The notes under the pieces: model-generated | Told to the model about the DNA's origin: nothing | Seen by the model: the letters and a program-made list of their open reading frames with translations, nothing else | Database searches by the model: none | Translations under genes and position numbers: made by a program | Source: an uncultured Gemmatimonadaceae bacterium | GTDB taxonomy: Bacteria; Gemmatimonadota; Gemmatimonadetes; Gemmatimonadales; Gemmatimonadaceae | NCBI GenBank assembly: GCA_963790305.1 | Contig: CAWBOC010000009.1 | Coordinates: 256,001 to 320,000 of the forward strand | Reading direction: 5' to 3' | DNA length: 64,000 nucleotides | Shown: positions 1 through 9,461 of the stretch, piece by piece | How positions within the stretch are numbered: position 1 is the first letter of the stretch | Layout of the letters: each line of letters starts with the position of its first letter

Positions 1-50
1 CCACCAGCGAAGCCTCCAGCGAGATAGAGCACGCCGTCCCGATTATTCAC
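1..50 (-). CDS. 5' end of an unknown gene running off the window (VNNRDGVLYLAGGFAG...)
   Basis: GTG at 50-48 overlaps the recR TGA (GTGA coupling); open to the window edge. Confidence 0.45.
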   Translation of the reverse strand, partial: MNNRDGVLYLAGGFAG

Positions 51-634
51 ATGGCCCTCCGAGCACTCAACGCCTGGGCGATGGTGACGCCGTCGGCATA
101 CTCCAGGTCGCCCCCGATCGGGATCCCTCGAGCGATCCGCGTCACCGCTGCCCCCAATGGAGCGACCTGGCGCTGCACGAAGAGCGCGGTGGCCTCACCC
201 TCGAGGCTCGGGTTGGTCGCGACGATGACTTCGCGGATGTCGCCGGACTCGATCCGGTCGGTCAACTGGCGGATGGTGAGATCGTCGGGGCCAATGCCAT
301 CGAGGGGAGACAGCCGCCCGCCAAGCACGTGGTAGACCCCTCGGAACTCACCCGCTCGCTCGATGGCCCCAATGTCCGACGCCTCCTCGACGACGCAGAT
401 GACGGTGCGATCGCGCCGTGCATCGCGGCAAATGCCACAGGGATCGGCCTCGGTGAGGTTGGAGCACACCGAGCACCGGTGCACCCGGTCGGACAGCTCC
501 CCGAGCACCGTCGCCAGCCGCTTGCTCTGCTCGGGAGGCTGCTTGAGGAGGTGATATGTCAGGCGAAGTGCCGTCTTCCGACCGATGCCCGGAAGCTTCG
601 CGAGCTCCGTGGCGAGGTCGTCGATCGCCGACAT
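47..634 (-). CDS. recR: Recombination mediator RecR
   Basis: LPGIGRKTA HhH, C4 zinc finger, TOPRIM (VVEE, ATNPSLEGEATA); ATG at 634; dnaX-ybaB-recR synteny. Confidence 0.97.
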   Translation of the reverse strand: MSAIDDLATELAKLPGIGRKTALRLTYHLLKQPPEQSKRLATVLGELSDRVHRCSVCSNLTEADPCGICRDARRDRTVICVVEEASDIGAIERAGEFRGVYHVLGGRLSPLDGIGPDDLTIRQLTDRIESGDIREVIVATNPSLEGEATALFVQRQVAPLGAAVTRIARGIPIGGDLEYADGVTIAQALSARRAM

Positions 635-635
635 C

Positions 636-953
636 CTAGAACGGCAGCTTGAAGGGGAGCGGGAGTCCGCCGGTGAGCTTGCGCATTTCCTCCTGCGCGA
701 GGTCGGTCGCCTTCTTTTGTGCATCGGCGACCGCGACGGCGATGAGATCCTCCAGCATCTCGACGTCCGCGGGATTCACGACGCTCGGATCCAGCTTGAC
801 GGAGCGCACCTGCCCCTTGCCATCGGCCGTGACGGACACCATGCCGCCACCGCTGACACCGGTGACGCTCATGTTCCCCAGCTCATCCTGAATCTGCTGC
901 AGCTTGCCCTGCATCTGCTGCGCCTGTTGCAGGATCTTGGTGAAGTCGGCCAT
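636..953 (-). CDS. ybaB: YbaB/EbfC nucleoid-associated protein
   Basis: QQAQQMQ...SGGGMVSV...MLEDLIAVA; between dnaX and recR. Confidence 0.95.
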   Translation of the reverse strand: MADFTKILQQAQQMQGKLQQIQDELGNMSVTGVSGGGMVSVTADGKGQVRSVKLDPSVVNPADVEMLEDLIAVAVADAQKKATDLAQEEMRKLTGGLPLPFKLPF

Positions 954-987
954 GAGGAGGAAGCTATCGGGCGGGTTTGCGTAATAC

Positions 988-1063
988 AATGCAGAATGCG
1001 GATTGCGGAATGCGGAAATGCGTTGGGGGACCATTCGAATCCGCATTCCGCATCCCGCATTCT
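988..1063. repeat. 7-bp-periodic imperfect palindrome (AATGCGG)n...(CCGCATT)n
   Basis: aatgcag aatgcgg attgcgg aatgcgg ... ccgcatt ccgcatc ccgcatt in the dnaX-ybaB spacer. Confidence 0.75.
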
Positions 1064-1066
1064 CTC

Positions 1067-2746
1067 TCACTCGAGCAACTCGAGATCCAATTCCTCAATC
1101 GCTGCGTCTAACGCCGGATCTTTCTTCCGCAGCATCTGCGCGCGCTCCTGTCGGGCTTGATCCTCGGTGAGACGCTTCGGGGCATCGGCGACCGGCGTGC
1201 TGGGCTGCTCGACGCGCCGAACGACCACTTTCGTCGCACCATCGAAGGTGCCCGCGAGCGCGGCGATCACCTCTGCGGCGCCGCTTTCGATCGTCTTCTC
1301 GAAGATCTCGTTGGGTTTCTCGAGTTGAACGGTGATCGTACCATGCGCCGAGACGGCCACGGGAAGGGCGTGTTCGAGCGCTGACACGAGCATCGGGCGG
1401 CCCATCGATCGCACTCGGTCGACGACCTCTCCCCACCGCTCGCACAGAACGTTGAGGTCGAGCGCCGCACGCGGGGCGGGTTTGGGTGCCGGACTCGGGG
1501 CGTCGGCGCGTGGAGGGGGAACCGGCGATGGTTCCGCGCGGCGAGGCGACGGTCGCGGTGCATCCGGCACGCGGCGGCTCGTCGACGGCACGTTGTCTTG
1601 CGCGCCCGCTCCGCCACCGATGCCGCGCAGCAGATCCTCGAGCTCCACCGTGCGGTCGAGCAGCGCGAATCGCACCAGCAACGTCTCGAGCAGCAGCTGC
1701 TGTTGGGAGCTCTTGCGATAGAAGGGCTCGATCTCCGCGATCGCGCCGAGCATGCGGAGGAGATCAGGAGCCGTGAACCTGTCACGCCGGGCGCGCAGCG
1801 CCGCACGGGTTTGCTCCGACACTTCCGGTGCGTCGCCGCCGAGTGTGACGGCGAGCTGCGCGCGCAGGAGATCAGCGAGTCCGGCGAGAAAGACGGCGAA
1901 GTCGATGCCCGACTCGGCGAGGCGTCCAACCGCCGGAAAGACGTCGACCGCCCGCCGCTCGGCAATGAGCTCGAGGAGGCCGAGGTATTCGTCCTCGGGA
2001 ACGAGGCCAAGTGCGCTCCGAACGGCGCTCGCCGTGAGGCGGCCCTCGCCCATCGACAGAACCTGATCGGTCAGTGAGAGCGCGTCGCGCATGGAGCCGT
2101 CGGCCGCGCGGGCGATCATCGCCAGCGCGTCGTCGTCAGCGCCCACCCCTTCGGCCGCCAGTACGGTCATGAGGCGCTCGCGCACTTCCGCGGGCGAGAT
2201 GCGCTTGAAATCGAAGCGCTGGAGTCGGCTCATTACCGGCGCCGCGGCCTGCGTGATACGCTGCGGGTCCGTCGTCGCGAACACGAAGATCACTCGCGGC
2301 GGCGGCTCTTCGAGAATCTTGAGCAGCGCGTTCCATGCCTCACGAGTGAGCATGTGCGCTTCATCGACGATGTAGACCTTGAAGCGCCCTTCGGCCGTCG
2401 GGGCGTACATTGCGCGCTCGCGCAGCTCACGCGCGTCGTCCACGCCCCGATTGGAGGCGGCGTCGATCTCAATGACGTCGAGGCTCGCCGAGCCGCTCCA
2501 GATCCGGGTGCATGAGGCGCATTCCCCACAGGGCTCCCCCTCCGGAGCACCACGCTCGCAGTTCAGCGCCATCGCGAGAACGCGGGCGAGCGTCGTCTTC
2601 CCGACGCCGCGCGGCCCACACAGGAGATACCCATGCGCCACGCGCCCGCGCGCGATCGCTCCCTTCAGCGTGTTCGAGACGTGCGATTGCACCGCGACGT
2701 CGGCGAAGCGCTTGGGGCGATACTTCCGGGCGAGAGCGAGATACAT
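1067..2746 (-). CDS. dnaX: DNA polymerase III gamma/tau subunit
   Basis: ARKYRP, Walker A GPRGVGKTT, EIDAASN, DEAHML, LLKILEEPP; Pro-rich linker. Confidence 0.97.
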   Translation of the reverse strand: MYLALARKYRPKRFADVAVQSHVSNTLKGAIARGRVAHGYLLCGPRGVGKTTLARVLAMALNCERGAPEGEPCGECASCTRIWSGSASLDVIEIDAASNRGVDDARELRERAMYAPTAEGRFKVYIVDEAHMLTREAWNALLKILEEPPPRVIFVFATTDPQRITQAAAPVMSRLQRFDFKRISPAEVRERLMTVLAAEGVGADDDALAMIARAADGSMRDALSLTDQVLSMGEGRLTASAVRSALGLVPEDEYLGLLELIAERRAVDVFPAVGRLAESGIDFAVFLAGLADLLRAQLAVTLGGDAPEVSEQTRAALRARRDRFTAPDLLRMLGAIAEIEPFYRKSSQQQLLLETLLVRFALLDRTVELEDLLRGIGGGAGAQDNVPSTSRRVPDAPRPSPRRAEPSPVPPPRADAPSPAPKPAPRAALDLNVLCERWGEVVDRVRSMGRPMLVSALEHALPVAVSAHGTITVQLEKPNEIFEKTIESGAAEVIAALAGTFDGATKVVVRRVEQPSTPVADAPKRLTEDQARQERAQMLRKKDPALDAAIEELDLELLE

Positions 2747-2841
2747 GGGGGCGAAAAAACGGGGCGGGAGGAGGGGCCGCTGAGAAGATACGCCGCCGAA
2801 ATGGAAACGCGCGAGCCCGGACGATAGTCCGGCGCCCGCGC

Positions 2842-2946
2842 GAGTGCCTCAGGTCTTACGGGGCAGCGTCCACCACACATACCGCTGCTACCTGCGGGGT
2901 CCTGACGGGATTAGTGAGCTCGCGCCCCCCGGGACCTGAGGCACTC
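2842..2946 (-). ncRNA. ffs: Signal recognition particle RNA (4.5S)
   Basis: 14-bp terminal stem GAGTGCCTCAGGTC/GACCTGAGGCACTC; domain IV-like TCAGG-ACC..GGT-AGCAGC on the minus strand; typical position upstream of dnaX. Confidence 0.85.
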
Positions 2947-2981
2947 TAAAGCTAGTCGGTCGCGCGCGGGGGTTCAACTCA

Positions 2982-3063
2982 GGGGTTGTCGAGGTCGTCG
3001 AGGTGATCGAGGAGAGGCAAGGACGTTCCTCGATCACCTCGACACCCTCGACCACCTCGATCA
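2982..3063. repeat. 9-bp-periodic palindromic element (GAGGTNRTC)n-loop-(GAYNACCTC)n, copy 1
   Basis: Inverted tandem arms read directly from the sequence. Confidence 0.85.
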
Positions 3064-4086
3064 CGTCATTTGCTCAAGCACCTCCGCAACGACCGTCGCA
3101 GCCTGCCGTACCGCGCTCTCGCCGACGTCCAGGTGGGTCACCGCGCGAATGCGCGACGACGACCAGGGCGTCAGGAGCACGTCGCGTCGCGCGGCCTCGG
3201 CCACTACCGCGAACGCGTCGATCGAGCGTGGCAGGTCGAGCATCACGATGTTGGTGTCGGGAGGAACGACGTGTGCGCCGGCGACGCCGTCGACGATCGA
3301 CGCGTAGACCTTCGCCGTCGCGTGATCCTCGACGATGCGCGACAAGTGGGCCTCGAGCGCATGAAGCGCCGCCGCGGCGAGGATTCCCGACTGCCGCATG
3401 CCGCCGCCAAAGCGCTTGCGCACCGACCATCCCTCCGCGATCAGGTCGCGCGGTCCGGCAAGCGCGGCACCGACGGGGCAGCCGAGCCCCTTCGAGAACG
3501 ACACCATGACGGTGTCGGCGATCGAGGCGAGGGTGGCCAGTGCTTCGCCGGTCGCCGCGGCCGCGTTCCAGAGGCGTGCACCATCGAGATGCACGGGGAG
3601 GGCATTCGCGCGCGCGACGGTCGCGATCTCGCGCATGGCGGCAAGCGACGTCACCCGCCCTCCAGCCCCGTTATGCGTGTTCTCGAGACATGCGAGTGAC
3701 GCGCGCGGCACATGAGGCGACGTCGGTCGAATCGCGGCCGACAAGGCAGCCGCGTCCATGACGGGATTGCCAGCAACGGGCCGCACCTGCACACCGGCAA
3801 GCGCGGCGGCACCCGCCACCTCGTAATGCAGGATGTGCGCACCGGCATCGAGCAGTATTTCGGTCCCCGGCCGCGAGAGAAGCCACACCGCGGCCTGGTT
3901 CGCCATCGTGCCGCTGGGGAAGAAGAGCGCGGCATCCTTCCCGAGCAGATCGGCGACGCGTTGCTCCAGGCGCCGGGTAGTCGGATCGCCGTCCAGCACG
4001 TCGTCGCCCACCTCCGCCTCCGCCATGGCGCGACGCATGGCGGGCGTGGGCTTCGTCACCGTATCGCTTCGCATGTCGATGCGCAT
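3061..4086 (-). CDS. ltaE: Low-specificity L-threonine aldolase (PLP)
   Basis: IDMRSDTVT, PSGTMANQ, ENTHN, HLDGARLWNA, SFSKGLGCPVG. Confidence 0.92.
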   Translation of the reverse strand: MRIDMRSDTVTKPTPAMRRAMAEAEVGDDVLDGDPTTRRLEQRVADLLGKDAALFFPSGTMANQAAVWLLSRPGTEILLDAGAHILHYEVAGAAALAGVQVRPVAGNPVMDAAALSAAIRPTSPHVPRASLACLENTHNGAGGRVTSLAAMREIATVARANALPVHLDGARLWNAAAATGEALATLASIADTVMVSFSKGLGCPVGAALAGPRDLIAEGWSVRKRFGGGMRQSGILAAAALHALEAHLSRIVEDHATAKVYASIVDGVAGAHVVPPDTNIVMLDLPRSIDAFAVVAEAARRDVLLTPWSSSRIRAVTHLDVGESAVRQAATVVAEVLEQMT

Positions 4087-4131
4087 TGGCGGAAGATGCG
4101 CGCTTCGGTTGTGACGGGAAAGCGCCCAATG

Positions 4132-4164
4132 GAAAAGCGGCCCGCTCTGATCGAGCGGACCGCT
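4132..4164 (-). terminator. Probable intrinsic terminator after the small lipoprotein gene
   Basis: Minus-strand hairpin AGCGGTCCGCTC-gatca-GAGCGGGCCGCT followed by TTTT. Confidence 0.55.
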
Positions 4165-4194
4165 GGTCTCATGCAATCTGCTGTGCTGTGGACG

Positions 4195-4395
4195 CTACGG
4201 CTTTACCTCGACGGTCGGCCGCTTGACGACCAGCGTGTCCGTCGTCGTTCCTACATCGACATCGGGGGTGCGAACGGTATCCGTGGTCGTCCCGACCGTC
4301 GGGCGCTCGACCTCGTACTCTCCCTCCCCCGTCTTCTTGCAGCCCGCCAGCGTTATCGCTGTCGCGGTGAGTGCTACCAATGCGATTGTGCGCAC
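4195..4395 (-). CDS. Small lipoprotein with an internal repeat (GTTTDT twice)
   Basis: GTG start with GGAGG SD; lipobox LAGC. Confidence 0.75.
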   Translation of the reverse strand: MRTIALVALTATAITLAGCKKTGEGEYEVERPTVGTTTDTVRTPDVDVGTTTDTLVVKRPTVEVKP

Positions 4396-4449
4396 GAGGA
4401 ATCCTCCATGAGGCGTGCCTCTTCCCAAAGGGCAACCTTCGCGCCACGG

Positions 4450-5358
4450 TCAGTCCTCGAAGGTTTCCCGCTGCAAACGCCTGACGCGGCGAAGCTCATA
4501 TACCTGACCCACTTCGCCCCCCAGGATGAAGATCACCGCCGCATAGTAGACCCACGTCACCATGATGACGATGACGTAGAGCGTCCCCGTGTAGAGGCTA
4601 CCCGGTTTGAAGGATTCGAGAAACGCCGTGAAGCCGTACTTCGCCAGCTCGAACATCGTGCTCGTGAACGCGGCGGCGATCAGCGCGGCCTGCCAGCGAA
4701 CGCGACGCACAGGAAGAAACTTGTAGAGCGAGAAGAACATGAGGATGAGCACCGAGTACGCGAGCGCCCAGCCGACGTAGAATTCGAGCGTACCCATCAC
4801 ACCCTGCGCAATCCCGAAGCGCGAGAGCGCGCTGACGCCACGCGTGGTCGCCAGCGTCAGATACGCGCTGAGCACCGTGTTCGCGGCAAAGAGCAGCGAC
4901 GCGAGCACGGTGATCTTGATGTCGAAGATCTTGCCCTGGATGATCCCCCGCTCCTGCTCAATGTCGAAGATCTCGGCCAGCACCGTCCGCAGGGATCCGA
5001 ACAGACGCGTCGAAAACCACACGAACCCGATGGCACCGAAGAGGCCCACCTTGCCGCGGGCAGCGATGATCTCGTCGATCAGCTTGCGGAGCGGCGAATC
5101 GGCGCGCTCGGTGCCTGGCGGCAGCAGTCCGTTGATGAAGACCCAGATGCGCGACGAGGCGTCGGCCGCCGTCTGGTCGAGGATGTAGCCGAGCGCCGAG
5201 AAAAGCACGAGGACAAAGGGGACGGCGGCGAGGAGGAGGTTGAACGAGACACCTCCCGCCAGAAAAAAAATGCCATCCTCGCCCGCGTTGTCCCAGACGC
5301 GCTTGGCGTAGTCGCGAAGCGTCCACCCGATGCGCTTCGGGAGCGACCGGCGGGGCAT
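4450..5358 (-). CDS. YihY/virulence factor BrkB family membrane protein
   Basis: LAGGVSFNLLLAAVPF, multiple TM helices, WVYYAAVIFILGGEV. Confidence 0.9.
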   Translation of the reverse strand: MPRRSLPKRIGWTLRDYAKRVWDNAGEDGIFFLAGGVSFNLLLAAVPFVLVLFSALGYILDQTAADASSRIWVFINGLLPPGTERADSPLRKLIDEIIAARGKVGLFGAIGFVWFSTRLFGSLRTVLAEIFDIEQERGIIQGKIFDIKITVLASLLFAANTVLSAYLTLATTRGVSALSRFGIAQGVMGTLEFYVGWALAYSVLILMFFSLYKFLPVRRVRWQAALIAAAFTSTMFELAKYGFTAFLESFKPGSLYTGTLYVIVIMVTWVYYAAVIFILGGEVGQVYELRRVRRLQRETFED

Positions 5359-5404
5359 GCGTTAGGCGCGACGGCGGCCGGGCGCCCGTTGGGCCGGCCG
5401 CCGC

Positions 5405-5899
5405 TCAGCCTTCGGCTTCGTCGAGATCCTCGTCGAGGTCCGCATCCACCGCCGCTTCGACGCGACCGCGGCGTCCGCGCGACTCCCGGGCGACGTCAGC
5501 GCCCGCCTGGTAGGCGGCCTTGCTCTCGGCGATGCGCCGCTCGAGGTCTTCGCGCGCCTGATGCGCCGCTTCGCGCCCCGCCTCGATGGCGCTCGCGGCC
5601 TGGCGGCGCTTGAGCTCGAGCGCCGAGCGGGCCGCCTCGAGCTTGTCCTCGACGGTGCGGCGCGCGTGCTCGTACCGGTCGGTGACGTTGTCGGCCAGCT
5701 CACCCGCTTTTTCGCGCGCCGCGCGTTTCACCTTGCGCGCCTCGCGCCGCAGCCGGCGGCGTGTCTCCAGCCCGGAATCGGGCGCGAGCAACAGAGCCAC
5801 CCCCGCCCCTAGCGCGATCCCGACCAGGAATGAGCCGAAGCTCCCACTGGTCCGCTCAATGACTACGTAGGCTTCGTCGTCGTACTCGTGTCTCGACAT
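5405..5899 (-). CDS. YtxH domain protein
   Basis: FLVGIALGAGVALLLAPDSGLETRRRL followed by coiled coil. Confidence 0.88.
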   Translation of the reverse strand: MSRHEYDDEAYVVIERTSGSFGSFLVGIALGAGVALLLAPDSGLETRRRLRREARKVKRAAREKAGELADNVTDRYEHARRTVEDKLEAARSALELKRRQAASAIEAGREAAHQAREDLERRIAESKAAYQAGADVARESRGRRGRVEAAVDADLDEDLDEAEG

Positions 5900-5911
5900 G
5901 TGTGCGCTCTC

Positions 5912-7381
5912 CTAGCGCCGCTTTTTCGCCTTCGGTTCTTCCTTTTTCGCCTTCGTGGGCGGGGCGCTCACGGAACGCTTCTCGGGCCGCGCGGCCCCAT
6001 CCGCACCGTTGGATCCCATCAGGCGCGACAGCTCGCCACGCAGCTCGCCCGTGGACGTTCCGAGCAGCTTTGCCGACCGCTCCATGTCCCCTCCGGTGGA
6101 AGCGAAGGTACGGAGGATCAGCTGCCTCTTCGCGTCAGCAAGGGACGAGCCGACAGGAACGCTCACCACCGCCGGCACCTCACCGCTCGCCCGCAGGTGC
6201 CGGGGCACGATGTCGGCGGCGCCAATCGTCGAGCTGCGCGACATAATGACCGCCCGCTCGACCGCATTCTTCAGCTCCCGCACGTTGCCCGGCCAATTGT
6301 ACGACAGGATCCATTCCCAGGCGGCATCGTCGAAGCTGGTGACCTTCTTGTTGTTCTGGCGGGAGAATCGAATCAGGAACTCGTTCGCGAGGAGCTTGAT
6401 GTCCCCCACGCGCTCACGCAGCGGCGGGAGATAGATGGGTACGACGGCCAGGCGGTAGTACAGGTCTTCCCGAAGCTCGCCGTCAGCCAGGGCCTTCTCG
6501 AGATCCTTGTTCGTCGCCGCCACCACGCGGATGTCGACGCTGATCTCCTTCTTGCCGCCAAGGCGTCGCACTTGCCGTGACTCCAGCGAGCGCAGGAGCT
6601 TCACCTGGATGTCGGTGGGCATCTCGGCGACTTCGTCGAGAAAGATCGTGCCGCCGTGCGCGAGCTCGAAGGCGCCCTGCTTCTCGTTCGTGCTTCCGGT
6701 GAAGGCACCCTTCTCGTGGCCGAACAGCTCGTTCTCGAGGATGTCCTTCGGCAGCGCGGCGCAGTTGAGCGCGAAGAATGGACCCTTCTCGCGGTCGCTC
6801 TTGTTGTGCAGCGCACGCGCAACGAGCTCCTTGCCCGTGCCCGACTCGCCGAGGATGATGACGCTGGCAGTCAATGGCGCCACCGCCTCGATGAGCTGGT
6901 ACACCGAGCGCATCTGCTCCGACTGTCCAGTGAGCTCGCCGTAATGCGTGAGATTGGCGAGCTCGCTCGTCAACGCACGATTGGTCTGCTTCACCACGAA
7001 CTTGTCGACCGCCTTCGGGATGAGAGCCTTCAGGCGGTTGAGCTTTTCGCTGTTCAGCGGCTTCTCAATGTAGTCGTAGGCGCCCTGCCGCATCGCCTGC
7101 ACGGCGGAATCGACCGTCGCCTGGCCGGTGATGATGATGCACTCGGTGTGGATCTCACGCTGCTGCATCTCCTTGAGCAGCGCGAGTCCGTCGAGCTTCG
7201 GCATCTTGAGGTCGGCCAGGATGACGCCGTACGCGTCATTCGACAGACGCTCCAGCGCTTTCTGGCCATCGACGGCGACGTCGACGGCGTACCCCTCGTC
7301 GGAGAGGATCGCGCTCAACCCATCGGTGATCGCACGCTCATCGTCGGCGATCAGAATCTTCGCTGGCTGCTTCGTGGTCAT
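5912..7381 (-). CDS. NtrC/AtoC-family sigma-54-dependent response regulator
   Basis: Receiver (ADDE, DLKMP), AAA+ (GESGTGKE, GAFTGS, FLDEV, WPGNVRELKN), C-terminal HTH-like region. Confidence 0.93.
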   Translation of the reverse strand: MTTKQPAKILIADDERAITDGLSAILSDEGYAVDVAVDGQKALERLSNDAYGVILADLKMPKLDGLALLKEMQQREIHTECIIITGQATVDSAVQAMRQGAYDYIEKPLNSEKLNRLKALIPKAVDKFVVKQTNRALTSELANLTHYGELTGQSEQMRSVYQLIEAVAPLTASVIILGESGTGKELVARALHNKSDREKGPFFALNCAALPKDILENELFGHEKGAFTGSTNEKQGAFELAHGGTIFLDEVAEMPTDIQVKLLRSLESRQVRRLGGKKEISVDIRVVAATNKDLEKALADGELREDLYYRLAVVPIYLPPLRERVGDIKLLANEFLIRFSRQNNKKVTSFDDAAWEWILSYNWPGNVRELKNAVERAVIMSRSSTIGAADIVPRHLRASGEVPAVVSVPVGSSLADAKRQLILRTFASTGGDMERSAKLLGTSTGELRGELSRLMGSNGADGAARPEKRSVSAPPTKAKKEEPKAKKRR

Positions 7382-7968
7382 TCTGTCTCGGCACTGCTGC
7401 GCGTTCGCGCAGGAAAGAGCAACGTCAGACCGGACGGCTCCGGCTGAAGCCGAACGTCGACGGGTAGTTTCGGGTTGACGCGTGGACCTGCGAACCGGGC
7501 GAGGACACGATCACCATTCCCGGAAATATGCACTCGAATCGCGACTCCCGGGCCCAGCATGTGGTCGAGTGTCGCCGCTAGCGCGGCTCTGGCGTCGTCC
7601 GCGGCCATGTCGATACCCGTGGACCCCTCGCTAAGGTCCAGAGAGACGCTGCCACCTTCCGCGCTGGCGAGCGCATCGTACAACGTGATCACAGGTCCTG
7701 CCAACACCGCCAGATCGCTCCGCGCCGGTCGGGCCAGGGCCAGCAGCGCGTCGATCAGCCTGGAGGCGCGTTCGAGCTCACCCGCCGCCGCCGTCGCGAA
7801 CGGCAGAACGGCGGCCGGCTCGACCGTTTGCCGCGTGCACCGTGACCGGACCACCTCGAGGTTGACGGCAACGGCATTCAGGGGATTCCTGATCTCATGC
7901 GCGACTCGCCCCGACAAATGCTGCAGTGCCCTCAACCATTCGTTGGACGAAGTGCCGTCCTCCCTCAT
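7378..7968 (-). CDS. Sensor-less HisKA (DHp) protein with degenerate ATP-binding domain
   Basis: H-box VAHEIRNPLN; no recognisable N/G1/F/G2 boxes; overlaps both neighbours by 4 bp. Confidence 0.75.
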   Translation of the reverse strand: MREDGTSSNEWLRALQHLSGRVAHEIRNPLNAVAVNLEVVRSRCTRQTVEPAAVLPFATAAAGELERASRLIDALLALARPARSDLAVLAGPVITLYDALASAEGGSVSLDLSEGSTGIDMAADDARAALAATLDHMLGPGVAIRVHISGNGDRVLARFAGPRVNPKLPVDVRLQPEPSGLTLLFPARTRSSAETE

Positions 7969-9392
7969 TCGCCGGCATCGGGGTCATCCGGAGCCGCGAC
8001 CACCGCGGGCGTCAGGCCATCCGGCGCACGCCAATGTTGCTGCGCCGGCGACACCCACTTCTTCACCAGGTCAGCCGTGCCCACGACCGCCAGCTGCTCG
8101 AAGAGGAACGCGAACTTCTCGTCGTACACACGCCCGAGCGTCCCGCGAACGGAGTCCGGCAAGTCCCACAGCTCGCGCTTGAACGGCCCCAGCGCCTTCT
8201 TGCGGGTCTTGTAGTAGAACTGGTCGGCGGAATCCTTCGGCTTGCGCTCGTCCGCGGCATTTTCGTCGAGCCACTTGTAGATCTTCTCCCGCATGTTGGC
8301 CGGGATATGATCGTACATGAGGTTCTGGAAGTTGGTAGCGAGGTGAATCTCGCAGGCACCGACCCGTGGAAACGCATTGAAGGCATCGTCAGGCAGCGTG
8401 GATGCGCCATGCTGGACGGCGCCGGCGAGCCCGTATTCCTTCTCCGAGACTCGCGAAAGCTCCTCGAGCGCCTCGAGATCGAGCTTCACGTCGGCCATCT
8501 TGCCGTCAGGTAGCACGACGCCCCCATGCGACGTCCCCGTCTGCACGCTGATTTTGGAGAGGCCGACCGCTTTCTTTCCAAGGCGTTCCCGCAGGGTGCG
8601 GTTGTAGCCCTCCATGAACGCGCGCAGCTCATGCACGTTCGAGTTGTGGCCGCCGACCTCGCCGATCTCGCCGCCGACCGAGATCGTCACGTCGTCGGGC
8701 TCGATCTCGCGGATGTACGACGTGATCTCCACCGCCTGCTCGTAGTTGAGACGTTGCTGCTCGTCGAGGGACGGCTTCGAGATGTCGACCAGCGTCGACG
8801 TGTCGACGTCAATGTTGTAGAAGCCGGCCGTCACCGCCTCGAGAGCCAGCTGCTTCACCGCAGCGACCTCGCCGTCCGGGTCCACCACGAACTTCTTCGC
8901 GTTGACCTGGAAGTGGTCACCCTGAATGAACACGGGACCGCGGAACCCTTCGCGCAACGCCGCCCCCAGAATGACGGCAACGTACTCCGAGGGTCGCTGA
9001 TCGGTGTAGGCGATCTCCGAGCGGGCGATCTCGAGAATGAACGCGCCGGCGTTGAGGCGAATCGCCGTGCGGAATATCGAGCGCGCGGTATCGTACGTCA
9101 TGCCGCGCACGTTCATCGCCGGAACGGTCCAGCCGCCGGGCGCGTCCCCGCGCCCGCGGGCGAGGTAGAGGTCGTTGATCGACGCGGCCTGCACGCCGAC
9201 TTCCTGTCCGATCTCCCAGATGAGCCACCGCGCGTGGTCGCGCGCCTGCCCGTGACCGAAGACCGCCTCTCGCACCAGCGCATCCATCGCCGGCGACGCG
9301 AGATCCGCTTCGCGCGTTACGACGACGTGACCATTATCGACGCGAACAGCTCCCCCCACCGTCTGGGAGGTCCGGGTCGCTTGACTATGCAT
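7965..9392 (-). CDS. fba: Class II fructose-bisphosphate aldolase family protein
   Basis: IQGDHFQ, GEIGEVG, TGTSHGG, VQHGAS; SD GGAGG; glycolytic context. Confidence 0.82.
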   Translation of the reverse strand: MHSQATRTSQTVGGAVRVDNGHVVVTREADLASPAMDALVREAVFGHGQARDHARWLIWEIGQEVGVQAASINDLYLARGRGDAPGGWTVPAMNVRGMTYDTARSIFRTAIRLNAGAFILEIARSEIAYTDQRPSEYVAVILGAALREGFRGPVFIQGDHFQVNAKKFVVDPDGEVAAVKQLALEAVTAGFYNIDVDTSTLVDISKPSLDEQQRLNYEQAVEITSYIREIEPDDVTISVGGEIGEVGGHNSNVHELRAFMEGYNRTLRERLGKKAVGLSKISVQTGTSHGGVVLPDGKMADVKLDLEALEELSRVSEKEYGLAGAVQHGASTLPDDAFNAFPRVGACEIHLATNFQNLMYDHIPANMREKIYKWLDENAADERKPKDSADQFYYKTRKKALGPFKRELWDLPDSVRGTLGRVYDEKFAFLFEQLAVVGTADLVKKWVSPAQQHWRAPDGLTPAVVAAPDDPDAGE

Positions 9393-9461
9393 CCATCCTC
9401 CGAAGAAGTGCCGTGCCTGACGTACTTTGGGTGGGTCGGGTGCGTTCGGCAAGGGCGATGC

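Noticed and set aside
1067..2746. Programmed dnaX frameshift producing gamma
   Set aside because: No A-AAA-AAG or long A-run slippery site seen in the coding strand
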